This document shows, piece after piece, positions 54,947 to 64,000 of a DNA stretch of 64,000 nt. The stretch lies in contig JACQCT010000037.1 of assembly GCA_016201435.1 (NCBI GenBank), positions 14,908-78,907 on the forward strand, written 5' to 3'. The position numbers were made by a program, and so were the translations under genes. Below the pieces are notes generated by a model. The model was not told the origin of the DNA. It searched no databases and saw only the letters and a program-made list of their open reading frames with translations. Position 1 is the stretch's first letter, and each line of letters starts with the position of its first letter. This stretch comes from Nitrososphaerota archaeon (GTDB lineage Archaea > Thermoproteota > Nitrososphaeria > Nitrososphaerales > Nitrosopumilaceae).

Positions 54947-55891
54947 ATGAATGTTATTAGGATACCAAAAGTAATAAAATTTGGAAAAAATGCTCTTTCT
55001 GAAGCAGATTATCCAAAAAATGCACTTGTTGTAACCACTGCACCCCCAGAGGTATCATCAAAGTGGCTAGCAAGAATGAAGATAACCGATCATTTCCTAT
55101 TTGATAAAGTTGAACCTGAGCCATCAATTGAGACAGTTCAAAAAGTTATTTCAGAATATAAAACAAAAAACCTTTCTGCAATAATTGGATTAGGTGGAGG
55201 AAGTTCACAAGATGTTGCAAAATATGCTGCATCTGAATTAAAAATTCCAAAAATTCTCATACCAACAACATTTGGAACCGGAAGTGAGATGACTACTTAT
55301 TGTGTTTTAAAATTTGATGGTAAAAAGAAACTTTTACAGGATGAAAAATTCCTTGCAGACATGGCAGTAGTTGATTCATACTTTTTAGAAGGAACACCTG
55401 AAGCAATTGTAAAAAATTCTGTTTGTGATGCGTGTGCTCAAGCAACAGAAGGATATGATAGCAAGAAAGGTAACGAGTTTACCAAAACCATGTGTAAGGC
55501 AGCATTTGATGTGTTATATGATGCCATAATGAACAACAAGCCAGAAAACTATCCTTATGGTTCAATGTTATCAGGAATTGGTTTTGGAAATGCTTCAACT
55601 ACTTTGGGTCACGCCCTTTCCTACGTGTATTCAAACGAAGGAGTTCCACACGGATACTCACTTTCATCTTGTACAACAGTTGCACACAGATTCAACAAAT
55701 CTATTTTCTATGAACAATTCAAAGAAGTCATAGAGAAATTAAAGTTTGACCGTCTTACTTTGAAAGCACCACTGGACCAAGCTGCAGATGTTGTTATGAC
55801 AGACCGTGGCCATCTTGATCCAAATCCAATCCCTGTCACAAAAGAAGATGTAATGCAATTGCTAAAGGATATTACAAACGGCAATCTGTAA
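54947..55891 (+). CDS. iron-containing (group III) alcohol dehydrogenase family protein, short form
   Basis: GLGGGSSQDVAKYAA dinucleotide motif; metal-ligand-like D/H residues (DACAQATEGY, GHALSY, PHG); 314 aa. Confidence 0.75.
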   Translation: MNVIRIPKVIKFGKNALSEADYPKNALVVTTAPPEVSSKWLARMKITDHFLFDKVEPEPSIETVQKVISEYKTKNLSAIIGLGGGSSQDVAKYAASELKIPKILIPTTFGTGSEMTTYCVLKFDGKKKLLQDEKFLADMAVVDSYFLEGTPEAIVKNSVCDACAQATEGYDSKKGNEFTKTMCKAAFDVLYDAIMNNKPENYPYGSMLSGIGFGNASTTLGHALSYVYSNEGVPHGYSLSSCTTVAHRFNKSIFYEQFKEVIEKLKFDRLTLKAPLDQAADVVMTDRGHLDPNPIPVTKEDVMQLLKDITNGNL

Positions 55892-55998
55892 AAAATTACA
55901 GTTTATCAGTTTTTCTTTAATAAAAAATTCTAATTTTCATGAATTTTACTAAACTTAAATACCACATTTAGTTCACATTCTTGTTATAGGACTAGAAA

Positions 55999-57084
55999 AT
56001 GGTTAAGTTTGGAATTCAATTTGGCTTAAATGTTGCACGACTCGGATTAACCGAGGATCAGATTCTTACTTCTTGTGTTTTAGCGGACAGAACGGGATAT
56101 GAGTCAATTTGGTACATGGACCATTCAAACGTCCCGCAGTGGAATCATGCTATCGTAAATGACCCATGGGTTATGCTTGCTTCTATTGCTTCTGTTACAA
56201 ACAAAGTAGAGCTTGGAACATGTGTCACTGATGCCGTAAGAAGACATCCATCAAACATAGCCCTTGCAACAATAACTTTGGACAGAGTTTCACATGGAAG
56301 GGGAACACTAGGTATTGGTGCAGGCGAAGCTCAAAACATCAAGGAATTTAAAATTCAATGGGACAAACCAGTAGCAAGATTTGCAGAACAACTTCAAGTA
56401 ATAAAATTACTTTTTGGTTCATCGCCAGAACACAGAGTTAGTTTTAATGGAGAATTTTATCAACTTGAAGAAGCTTGCCTTCAAGCAAAAAGTATCAGAA
56501 AACCTCATCCACCAATTTACATGGCAGCTGGTGCTCCAAAGACACTTGCACTATGTGGCAAATATGGAGATGGTTGGATACCAATAGGATATACCCCTGA
56601 ATTATTTGAGGTACATGCAAAGGCAATAAAAGATTCAATGAAAGAAAACGGAAGAGATGGAAAAGACTTTCAGTATGGTGTTGATATAGACGTGTATTTT
56701 TCAGATGATGCAGAAGAAGCTTGGGTAAAAATGAAAAACGCCGTAAAAGTAAGTCTCTTCAAGCCAGAGATATTAAAAGTTCACAACATCCCTGACGTAC
56801 AAGGTTTTGATTTTAAGAAATACTTTACAGAATATTCAATGTCAAATCAAGAATGGATAGTAAAGATGCGTGAAGCTGCACAAACAATTCCTGACAAGGT
56901 GGCACGCTCATCAATAGGCATGGGCACACCTGATGACATCATTCCAGTGTTTGAGAAATTTATGAAAGCGGGAGTAAATCACTTTATTGTCAGATTTTGG
57001 GGTTCAGGATACTTTGGTTCCTTAGACAAATTTGCATCTACTGTAATGCCATACTTTAAGGAAATGGATAATCCTAGAAAATAA
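55999..57084 (+). CDS. LLM-class (luciferase-like) F420-dependent oxidoreductase
   Basis: TIM-barrel LLM pattern (GYESIWYMDH, LGIGAGE, PPIYMAAGAPKTL). Confidence 0.7.
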   Translation: MVKFGIQFGLNVARLGLTEDQILTSCVLADRTGYESIWYMDHSNVPQWNHAIVNDPWVMLASIASVTNKVELGTCVTDAVRRHPSNIALATITLDRVSHGRGTLGIGAGEAQNIKEFKIQWDKPVARFAEQLQVIKLLFGSSPEHRVSFNGEFYQLEEACLQAKSIRKPHPPIYMAAGAPKTLALCGKYGDGWIPIGYTPELFEVHAKAIKDSMKENGRDGKDFQYGVDIDVYFSDDAEEAWVKMKNAVKVSLFKPEILKVHNIPDVQGFDFKKYFTEYSMSNQEWIVKMREAAQTIPDKVARSSIGMGTPDDIIPVFEKFMKAGVNHFIVRFWGSGYFGSLDKFASTVMPYFKEMDNPRK

Positions 57085-57121
57085 TTCAAACAATATAAGT
57101 TACGATTTTCAATTGTAATCT

Positions 57122-58030
57122 GTGAAATATTATTATCTATTCATTTTTGTGTCATTTTTTTTCATACCAGCTTATGGAATGCAAAATACAATATCGGATC
57201 CCAATATCCAAGTCATCTTGAACTATCCTGACATTTTAACAACTCAGGACAACTTTGTTCTCTCATCTGTAGTAAAAACTACTGCAGACCAGGTATCAAA
57301 TATCACAGTTACCATATCATCTCCAGAGATAGACATGGTACAAAACCAGTTCCATATTGATAGTCTCCCAAAAGACTCTACACTTGGAAATAACTTTAAT
57401 GCACAAGTGAAAAATGGAACGCCTGATGGTAGCTTTCTTGCAAATGTTGAAGTACAGTATTTTATCAAAGGTTTTTTTGATCAAAAACCTGTAAAAAATT
57501 CCTTTACTAAAGCAATAGAGTTTAACACACAGTCAAAACCTTTGATACTACTAAATGCTCAGGCACCTGATGAAGCTTTTGCAGGTGAATCGTTTTCAAT
57601 TACAGGTGAAATAAAAAACCAGGGAAGCGAGGCACAGAACATACAGATCAGTGTTGATTCTTCCCAAGTGACATTAAGTGGGAAAAAAATTTATTCCCTA
57701 ACAAATCTTGAAGCTGGCAAATCATCTGATTTTGAATTTATAGTACAAACACAAAAAGACATTAGCATTCCAACCCATGCAAATATTCACCTAAATGGTA
57801 CATACACTGACAAATCAGGAAAAACATACTCGTTAGAGGATTCGCTAAATATGTTTGTGAGACAAAGAGGTATGATGGAGATAGGTGGCGCACAAGGATT
57901 ATGGGTTGGTAATTTTTTCATAGCACCAGTAGTTGGAGTTGGAACTATTGTCTCATCTGTAATTGGATTTTTGATTTTTCTATGGCACCGCACCAAACAT
58001 AAGAAAACACAAAAACGAACTAGAAAATAA
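57122..58030 (+). CDS. extracellular protein with C-terminal TM anchor (CARDB/COG1361-like repeats?)
   Basis: Signal-like N-terminus, two beta-rich repeats, C-terminal TM helix plus basic tail (IGFLIFLWHRTKHKKTQKRTRK). Confidence 0.5.
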   Translation: MKYYYLFIFVSFFFIPAYGMQNTISDPNIQVILNYPDILTTQDNFVLSSVVKTTADQVSNITVTISSPEIDMVQNQFHIDSLPKDSTLGNNFNAQVKNGTPDGSFLANVEVQYFIKGFFDQKPVKNSFTKAIEFNTQSKPLILLNAQAPDEAFAGESFSITGEIKNQGSEAQNIQISVDSSQVTLSGKKIYSLTNLEAGKSSDFEFIVQTQKDISIPTHANIHLNGTYTDKSGKTYSLEDSLNMFVRQRGMMEIGGAQGLWVGNFFIAPVVGVGTIVSSVIGFLIFLWHRTKHKKTQKRTRK

Positions 58031-58044
58031 TTAGAAAATTTTCT

Positions 58045-58461
58045 TCAGATATATCTAAAGATTGTTTTTCTTTCAGAATTTGGGGTATCTGAGACAAGAG
58101 CAAAGTTGTAAAGCGGATAGGATTTTTTGTAGTGTTTCATAAAGCTCCATGCCACATCGTGAGTTTTAAATTCTGTTCGTAGTCCATCTATTTTTGATTG
58201 ATTCCCAAACACATCATATGGTACAACAAAGTAGTACTGTGGTCGTTTGTGTGGCTTTGCTTTTAGCAACCATGCAATAGCAAAAACGAAAACTGACATC
58301 ATAATTATTGCAGCCCCAAACTCTTTGAAAAAATCCCAAACTACTGCAGGAATTGTAATGCCAAACAAAGTATAGATAAAATGTGAAAATGCGATCACGG
58401 CACTGCCTGCAATCAAAAATGCCCTAAAATCTGAAAAAAGGTCTTTTATCGACATGCCCAA
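58045..58461 (-). CDS. membrane protein, hypothetical
   Basis: 138 aa, 2-3 predicted TM helices. Confidence 0.45.
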   Translation of the reverse strand: MGMSIKDLFSDFRAFLIAGSAVIAFSHFIYTLFGITIPAVVWDFFKEFGAAIIMMSVFVFAIAWLLKAKPHKRPQYYFVVPYDVFGNQSKIDGLRTEFKTHDVAWSFMKHYKKSYPLYNFALVSDTPNSERKTIFRYI

Positions 58462-58530
58462 TAATAGAATACACTCACATATTATCTTTAAAAACCATAT
58501 ACAAAAATATCAATCCTGATAATCAAATTT

Positions 58531-59163
58531 ATGCAACTACTAGGCAGGCTTGAGATCAAATCAAGAGAAAGATTGATCGAATTTCTAAACCAGCAGGAAA
58601 CTGGGAGAATCTGCAGCATTGACAAAGATGGCTATCCACAGATAATCCCAATGAATTTTGTTTTTGTCAATGATGTGGTATACATGCATTCTCACACTAA
58701 AGGGGAGAAACTTGAAAATATCAAACAAAACAGCAAGGTGGGTTTTGAAGTAGACCAAAGCCTAGAGTTTCTTCCATCATATTTTACACATCCCACAGAC
58801 GCCTCACAGGCAGACACACTTTACATCAGTGTGGTAATCAAGGGAACCGGGATAATAGTCAATGACAGAAAAGAAAAGACCTTGGCCCTTAATTCCTTGA
58901 TGAAAAAATACCAGCCAGAGGGAGGCTATGAGAGTATTAGCCCAGAGATGCAAGTAGTAGACGAGGTTGCAATAATCAAGGTAGTTCCAACAACAATGCA
59001 TGGAAAATACAAGGTAGGGCAACACCTTGAAAAAAAATCTCGTCTAGAATTGGCCAAAAAGTTATTGGAAAGAAACACGCCTAGTACACAAAACACACTC
59101 AAACTAATGGGCATTTCACAGACAAAAGACGGTCTTGTTATTTCAGAAGACCCCTCTTGGTAG
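58531..59163 (+). CDS. pyridoxamine 5'-phosphate oxidase-like FMN-binding protein
   Basis: GRICSIDKDGYPQIIPMNFVFVNDVVYMHS split-barrel pattern. Confidence 0.6.
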   Translation: MQLLGRLEIKSRERLIEFLNQQETGRICSIDKDGYPQIIPMNFVFVNDVVYMHSHTKGEKLENIKQNSKVGFEVDQSLEFLPSYFTHPTDASQADTLYISVVIKGTGIIVNDRKEKTLALNSLMKKYQPEGGYESISPEMQVVDEVAIIKVVPTTMHGKYKVGQHLEKKSRLELAKKLLERNTPSTQNTLKLMGISQTKDGLVISEDPSW

Positions 59164-59211
59164 TAATACTGAAAGTACCATTGCTTTAAATTTCGTTTTT
59201 GTTGATTTGTT

Positions 59212-61152
59212 ATGTTGTTAGAAAATCCAAGTTTTGAGTTAGCATCAGAATTCCAGCCCACAGGAGACCAGCCTCAAGCAATAGAACAGCTAGTAGAAGG
59301 CGTACGAAGGAAAAAAATTCAAACATTAATTGGTGTGACAGGAAGCGGCAAGACATTTACTGTTGCAAATGTCATTCAAAGAACAGGCAAAAACACTCTA
59401 GTAATATCACACAACAAAACTCTTGCAGCTCAGCTTTATTCAGAACTAAAGCAATTTTTCCCAAAAAACAATGTTGGGTACTTTGTTAGTTACTATGATT
59501 ATTATCAGCCAGAAAGTTACTTGCCACAAACAGACACTTACATAGAAAAAGACACTCAGATTAATGAAAAAATTGAAAAGATGCGTCTTGAAGCAACTGC
59601 GATGCTTCTATCAGGTGAACCTACAATTATTGTTGCTACAGTATCATGCATCTACTCTTTGGGCTCACCTAAAGAGTGGGAGTCAATGTCAATTATTGTT
59701 GAAAAGGGAAAAGAAACGGGTAGATCTTCTCTCATAAAACAGCTAGTCAATGCAAGATATGAGAGGAACGATACCGAGCTTGCCTCAGGGAGATTTAGAA
59801 TTAAAGGCGACACACTAGACATCATTCCTGCATACTCTGATGATGTGATACGAATTTCAATGTTTGGAGACAAGATAGAAAAAATATCTGTCTGTGATCC
59901 TATTTCACTAAAAGAGAAAAAAAGCATTTCACAAATCAAAATATTTCCTGCAAAACACTATCTTGTTGCAAATGATGTTAGAAAAGTTGCAGTAGAATCA
60001 ATAAAAACAGAACTCAAACAAAGAATGCCTGAGCTTAGAGAACTTGAAAGACAGCGATTGGAAATGCGAACAAAATATGATTTAGAAATGATAGAAGAGC
60101 TAGGATACTGTTCTGGAATTGAAAACTATTCAAGACATTTTGATGGAAGAAATCCTGGAGAGCCAGCATTTTGTTTGCTTGACTTTTTTGGAGATGACTT
60201 TTTACTTGTAATAGATGAATCGCATGTTACAATTCCACAGCTACACGGAATGTATCAGGGAGACCACACTCGCAAAAAATCTCTCATAGATTACGGGTTT
60301 AGGCTCCCAAGTGCTTTTGATAACAGACCATTAAGGTTTGAAGAATTTGAAAAATATATCAAAAATACCATTTTTGTTTCTGCCACACCAAGCGAGTATG
60401 AACGGACAAAAAGTTTTCAAATAGTAGAACAGCTCATACGCCCAACTGGTCTTGTAGACCCGCAAGTAGAGATAAGAAAGACTGAAAACCAGATGGACGA
60501 TCTAGTAATAGAAATTAAAAAAAGAATCGAAAAAGACCAGCGCATTCTTGTTACCACTTTGACAAAACGCATGGCAGAAGATCTTGCAGAATATCTCTCA
60601 AAAAAACAAGTCAAAGTCAGATACTTGCATTCTGAGATTGAAAACCTACAGCGAACAGAGATAATCAGGCAGTTGCGTCTTGGCGAGTTTGACGTGCTAG
60701 TTGGCATTAATCTACTAAGAGAGGGAATTGACATACCCGAAGTGTCACTTGTTGCTATCCTAGATGCTGACAAGGAGGGATTTCTTAGAAACATAACCAG
60801 TTTGATTCAGACTTTTGGAAGAGCGGCAAGAAACGTTGATGGCAGTGTGATAATGTATGCAGATAATACAACACAATCTATGAAAAATGCAATACTAGAA
60901 ACTGAACGCAGAAGAAACAGACAGATTGAATACAACAAAAAGATGGGCATAAAACCAACCACAATAGTAAAAGCAATTCCAGAACAAACAGCAAAATTGG
61001 AAGAGTTAAAACACATGTCAAGGCACGACTTGAAAAAATATGCGATTGAAGTAGAAGCTACAATGAAAAGATTTGCAGAGGAGCTAGACTTTGAAAATGC
61101 AATAGAATATCGTGAGAAATTAGCAAAAATTCAAAAAGAGTTGGTAACATGA
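59212..61152 (+). CDS. uvrB: excinuclease ABC subunit B
   Basis: GVTGSGKTFT Walker A, DESH box (IDESHVTIPQ), C-terminal UVR domain; 4-nt overlap with uvrA. Confidence 0.97.
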   Translation: MLLENPSFELASEFQPTGDQPQAIEQLVEGVRRKKIQTLIGVTGSGKTFTVANVIQRTGKNTLVISHNKTLAAQLYSELKQFFPKNNVGYFVSYYDYYQPESYLPQTDTYIEKDTQINEKIEKMRLEATAMLLSGEPTIIVATVSCIYSLGSPKEWESMSIIVEKGKETGRSSLIKQLVNARYERNDTELASGRFRIKGDTLDIIPAYSDDVIRISMFGDKIEKISVCDPISLKEKKSISQIKIFPAKHYLVANDVRKVAVESIKTELKQRMPELRELERQRLEMRTKYDLEMIEELGYCSGIENYSRHFDGRNPGEPAFCLLDFFGDDFLLVIDESHVTIPQLHGMYQGDHTRKKSLIDYGFRLPSAFDNRPLRFEEFEKYIKNTIFVSATPSEYERTKSFQIVEQLIRPTGLVDPQVEIRKTENQMDDLVIEIKKRIEKDQRILVTTLTKRMAEDLAEYLSKKQVKVRYLHSEIENLQRTEIIRQLRLGEFDVLVGINLLREGIDIPEVSLVAILDADKEGFLRNITSLIQTFGRAARNVDGSVIMYADNTTQSMKNAILETERRRNRQIEYNKKMGIKPTTIVKAIPEQTAKLEELKHMSRHDLKKYAIEVEATMKRFAEELDFENAIEYREKLAKIQKELVT

Positions 61153-63968
61153 ATGACAGATTAATAATTCGTGGTGCAAGGGAGCACAATTTAAAAAACA
61201 TCAATTTGGATATTCCAAAAAATAAACTAGTTACAATTACTGGTCTTTCTGGTTCTGGCAAGTCTACTTTGGCATTTGATACCATTTATGCAGAAGGACA
61301 ACGAAGATACGTTGAATCACTTTCTGCGTATGCAAGGCAATTTTTGGAGATGATGAATAAACCGGATTTGGATTCCATAGAGGGACTATCTCCAGCAATA
61401 TCAATCCAGCAAAAGACTACAAGTAAAAATCCAAGATCAACTGTTGGTACCATAACAGAAATCTATGATTATTTACGATTACTTTATGCTAGAATAGGAA
61501 TACCTCATTGTACAAAATGTGGTAGAAAGATATCAAACCAATCTGCAGAATCAATCTGTGAATCAGTTCTTAAAGAATCAGATGGAAAAAATATCTTAAT
61601 TTTGGCGCCATTGATTAGAAGAAAAAAAGGGACATACGAGAAATTATTTGAGCAGGTCAAAAAAACTGGCTATTCTAGAGTCAGAGTAGACAATGACATC
61701 ATAGAACTAAATGGTGAAATCCCAATCCTTGACAAACAAAAATGGCACAACATTGAGATTGTAGTGGACAGGGTAAAAGCATCAAAGGAAGAAAAAAGCA
61801 GACTGTACGAGTCTGTACAAAACGCACTAAAAGCTGGCAAGGGCTCTGTGTTAATTTCTGGTACTGATGAAAGAATATTTTCCCAAAACAATGCTTGCTC
61901 GTATTGCGGAATAACAATTGGTGAGCTTGAACCGAGATCATTTTCGTTTAATTCTCCATTTGGAGCTTGCAAGACATGTCATGGATTAGGAGTAAAGATG
62001 GAGTTTGATCCTGACTTGCTCATTCCTGATAAAACAAAATCCATACTTGATGGAGCAATAGTTCCATGGTCAGGTAGATTTTCTTCATTTAGAAGACAAA
62101 CACTAAGAGATGTTGGTAAAAAATTTGGCTTTGATTTGATGACCCCAATAAACAAGATGAGTCCAAAACAACTACAAGTCATTTTGTATGGCACAGATGA
62201 AACAGTACGATTTTCATATGAATCCCAGACAACTGATTCTAAATGGCAATACACCAATACATTTAGTGGAGTCATCCCAAATCTGAATAAAAATTTTGTA
62301 GAGACTGATTCTGAATCCAAAAGAGAAGATCTTCGAAAATTCATGCGTGAGACGCCTTGTAATTCCTGCAATGGTAGAAGGCTAACAGGAGAAGTATTGG
62401 CTGTGAGGATAAATGAAAAATCAATAATGGATGTGTGTGATTTCTCCATTGATGCTTGTTATGATTTTTTTCAGAATCTCAAACTAACAGAAACTGAAAA
62501 ATACATTGCAAAATCTGTACTAAAAGAAGTTCTTTCAAGATTAGAATTTTTAAAAAATGTTGGGCTAAATTATCTAAGCCTAAACAGAGTCAGTGCTACT
62601 TTGTCTGGTGGAGAATCGCAGAGAATAAGACTTGCAACTCAGATTGGTTCCAATCTTACTGGGGTGCTATATGTTCTTGATGAGCCAACAATAGGACTTC
62701 ATCAAAAAGACAATGCCAAATTAATAAAGACACTAACAAAGCTGCGTGATCTTGGCAACACCATTTTGGTAGTAGAGCATGACGAAGAAGTGATGCGAAA
62801 CTCTGACTGGATAATAGACTTGGGACCAGGAGCCGGAGTTCATGGAGGCAGTGTAGTTTTTGAAGGAACAATAAAAGAAATGCTGAACAATCACAAGTCA
62901 GTAACAGGTGAATATCTTAAAAATCATAATACAATCAAACTTGTCAAAAAAACTCGCAATCAAAAGGGCAAGATAATAGTAAAAGGTGCGGCAGAAAATA
63001 ATCTAAAACACATTGATGTTGAATTTCCACTAGGATTTATGATTGCAGTAACTGGCGTATCTGGTTCTGGCAAATCCACTTTGGTCAATGACATTTTATA
63101 CAATGCACTTTCTGCACACTTTGGCATAATAGCAGATAGACCAGGCAAACACAAACAGGTGCTTGGAGTAGAACATGCAGACAAGGTAATTGGAATTGAT
63201 CAATCCCCAATTGGCAGGACTCCTCGTTCCAATCCTGCAACCTACATTGGCGCGTTTACCCCAATACGAGAACTATACTCTAACACGGAAATGTCAAAGG
63301 AACGAGGCTATACTCCAGGCCAATTCTCATTTAACGTGCCTGATGGAAGGTGTTTTGCCTGTGAGGGAGACGGTGTTAAAAAAATCGAGATGCAGTTTTT
63401 GTCAGATGTGTATGTGATTTGTGATGAATGTAAGGGAAAAAGATACAACTCTGAGACATTGTCAGTTTTGTATAAAGGCAAAAACATTTCTGACATTTTA
63501 TCCATGACTGTAGAGGAAGCTTTGGAATTTTTTATAAACATACCAGCAATCAAACGAAAACTGCAAACAGTAGCAGATGTTGGACTGGGATACATCAAGC
63601 TTGGCCAAGCCGCAACAACTCTTTCTGGAGGAGAAGCTCAAAGAGTAAAGCTTGCAGCAGAACTTTCAAAAAGAGACACTGGCAAGACAGTATACATTTT
63701 AGATGAACCTACTACAGGATTACATTTTGCCGATGTACAAAAATTACTTGATGTCTTGAACAGACTGGTGAATCTTGGCAATACTGTAATCATAATAGAG
63801 CACAACATGGATGTGATAAAAAACTCTGACTGGATAATTGATCTTGGTCCAGAAGGAGGCGACAAGGGAGGAACATTAATTGCACATGGCACACCAGAAC
63901 AAGTAGCACACAATCCACATAGCTACACCGGGCAATATTTGAGCAGAGTTCTAAGACATGACGTTTGA
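61149..63968 (+). CDS. uvrA: excinuclease ABC subunit A
   Basis: Two ABC modules (GLSGSGKSTLAFD, GVSGSGKSTLVND; LSGGESQR, LSGGEAQR) and zinc-finger CxxC motifs. Confidence 0.97.
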   Translation: MNDRLIIRGAREHNLKNINLDIPKNKLVTITGLSGSGKSTLAFDTIYAEGQRRYVESLSAYARQFLEMMNKPDLDSIEGLSPAISIQQKTTSKNPRSTVGTITEIYDYLRLLYARIGIPHCTKCGRKISNQSAESICESVLKESDGKNILILAPLIRRKKGTYEKLFEQVKKTGYSRVRVDNDIIELNGEIPILDKQKWHNIEIVVDRVKASKEEKSRLYESVQNALKAGKGSVLISGTDERIFSQNNACSYCGITIGELEPRSFSFNSPFGACKTCHGLGVKMEFDPDLLIPDKTKSILDGAIVPWSGRFSSFRRQTLRDVGKKFGFDLMTPINKMSPKQLQVILYGTDETVRFSYESQTTDSKWQYTNTFSGVIPNLNKNFVETDSESKREDLRKFMRETPCNSCNGRRLTGEVLAVRINEKSIMDVCDFSIDACYDFFQNLKLTETEKYIAKSVLKEVLSRLEFLKNVGLNYLSLNRVSATLSGGESQRIRLATQIGSNLTGVLYVLDEPTIGLHQKDNAKLIKTLTKLRDLGNTILVVEHDEEVMRNSDWIIDLGPGAGVHGGSVVFEGTIKEMLNNHKSVTGEYLKNHNTIKLVKKTRNQKGKIIVKGAAENNLKHIDVEFPLGFMIAVTGVSGSGKSTLVNDILYNALSAHFGIIADRPGKHKQVLGVEHADKVIGIDQSPIGRTPRSNPATYIGAFTPIRELYSNTEMSKERGYTPGQFSFNVPDGRCFACEGDGVKKIEMQFLSDVYVICDECKGKRYNSETLSVLYKGKNISDILSMTVEEALEFFINIPAIKRKLQTVADVGLGYIKLGQAATTLSGGEAQRVKLAAELSKRDTGKTVYILDEPTTGLHFADVQKLLDVLNRLVNLGNTVIIIEHNMDVIKNSDWIIDLGPEGGDKGGTLIAHGTPEQVAHNPHSYTGQYLSRVLRHDV

Positions 63969-64000
63969 TATTTCCAAGATAACAATTCCTTCCCAGTCCG

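Noticed and set aside
1-64000. CRISPR arrays, transposases, integrases, rRNA genes
   Set aside because: Looked for, but no regularly spaced repeat-spacer array, no DDE/tyrosine/serine recombinase-like ORF and no rRNA-like sequence was seen in the window.

Overview
AT-rich archaeal chromosome segment. An archaeal-type ribosomal operon (with eS4 and RNase P Rpp29), proteasome alpha, an ESCRT-III/CdvB-like gene, an F420-type LLM oxidoreductase and bacterial-type UvrAB point to a mesophilic Thaumarchaeota/Nitrosopumilales-like genome; this assignment is inference. Layout: (1) 0.2-8.7 kb holds purE, a biotin cluster (bioD, bioA, bioB, bioF) and a CcdA plus thioredoxin-like pair. A BirA-type operator palindrome sits in front of bioB. 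(2) 8.7-12.3 kb is bracketed by two copies of a 34-nt palindrome. It holds an ESCRT-III paralogue and short ORFan/zinc-ribbon ORFs, and ends at tRNA-Asn. (3) 12.4-20.4 kb is the minus-strand ribosomal protein operon, uL3 to uL6. uL2 is absent and the operon stops after uL6. (4) 20.6-31 kb holds a SPOUT methyltransferase, psmA, purC/F/L/Q/S and small regulators. (5) 31-44 kb holds tRNA-Thr, many hypothetical genes, a DUF255 thioredoxin protein, a DHH phosphoesterase, citrate synthase and glycerate kinase. (6) 44.5-50.3 kb is a minus-strand accessory module: three ORFan exoproteins, two tandem mini winged-helix regulators and a phased 21-bp repeat array. This is my best candidate for an undescribed system, but I cannot assign it a function. 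(7) 50.4-64 kb holds a TrmB-like regulator, UbiA prenyltransferase, methyltransferase, alpha/beta hydrolase, Fe-ADH, F420-LLM oxidoreductase and uvrB-uvrA. I found no CRISPR array, transposase or integrase. All functional calls rest on motif recognition by eye; no searches were run.
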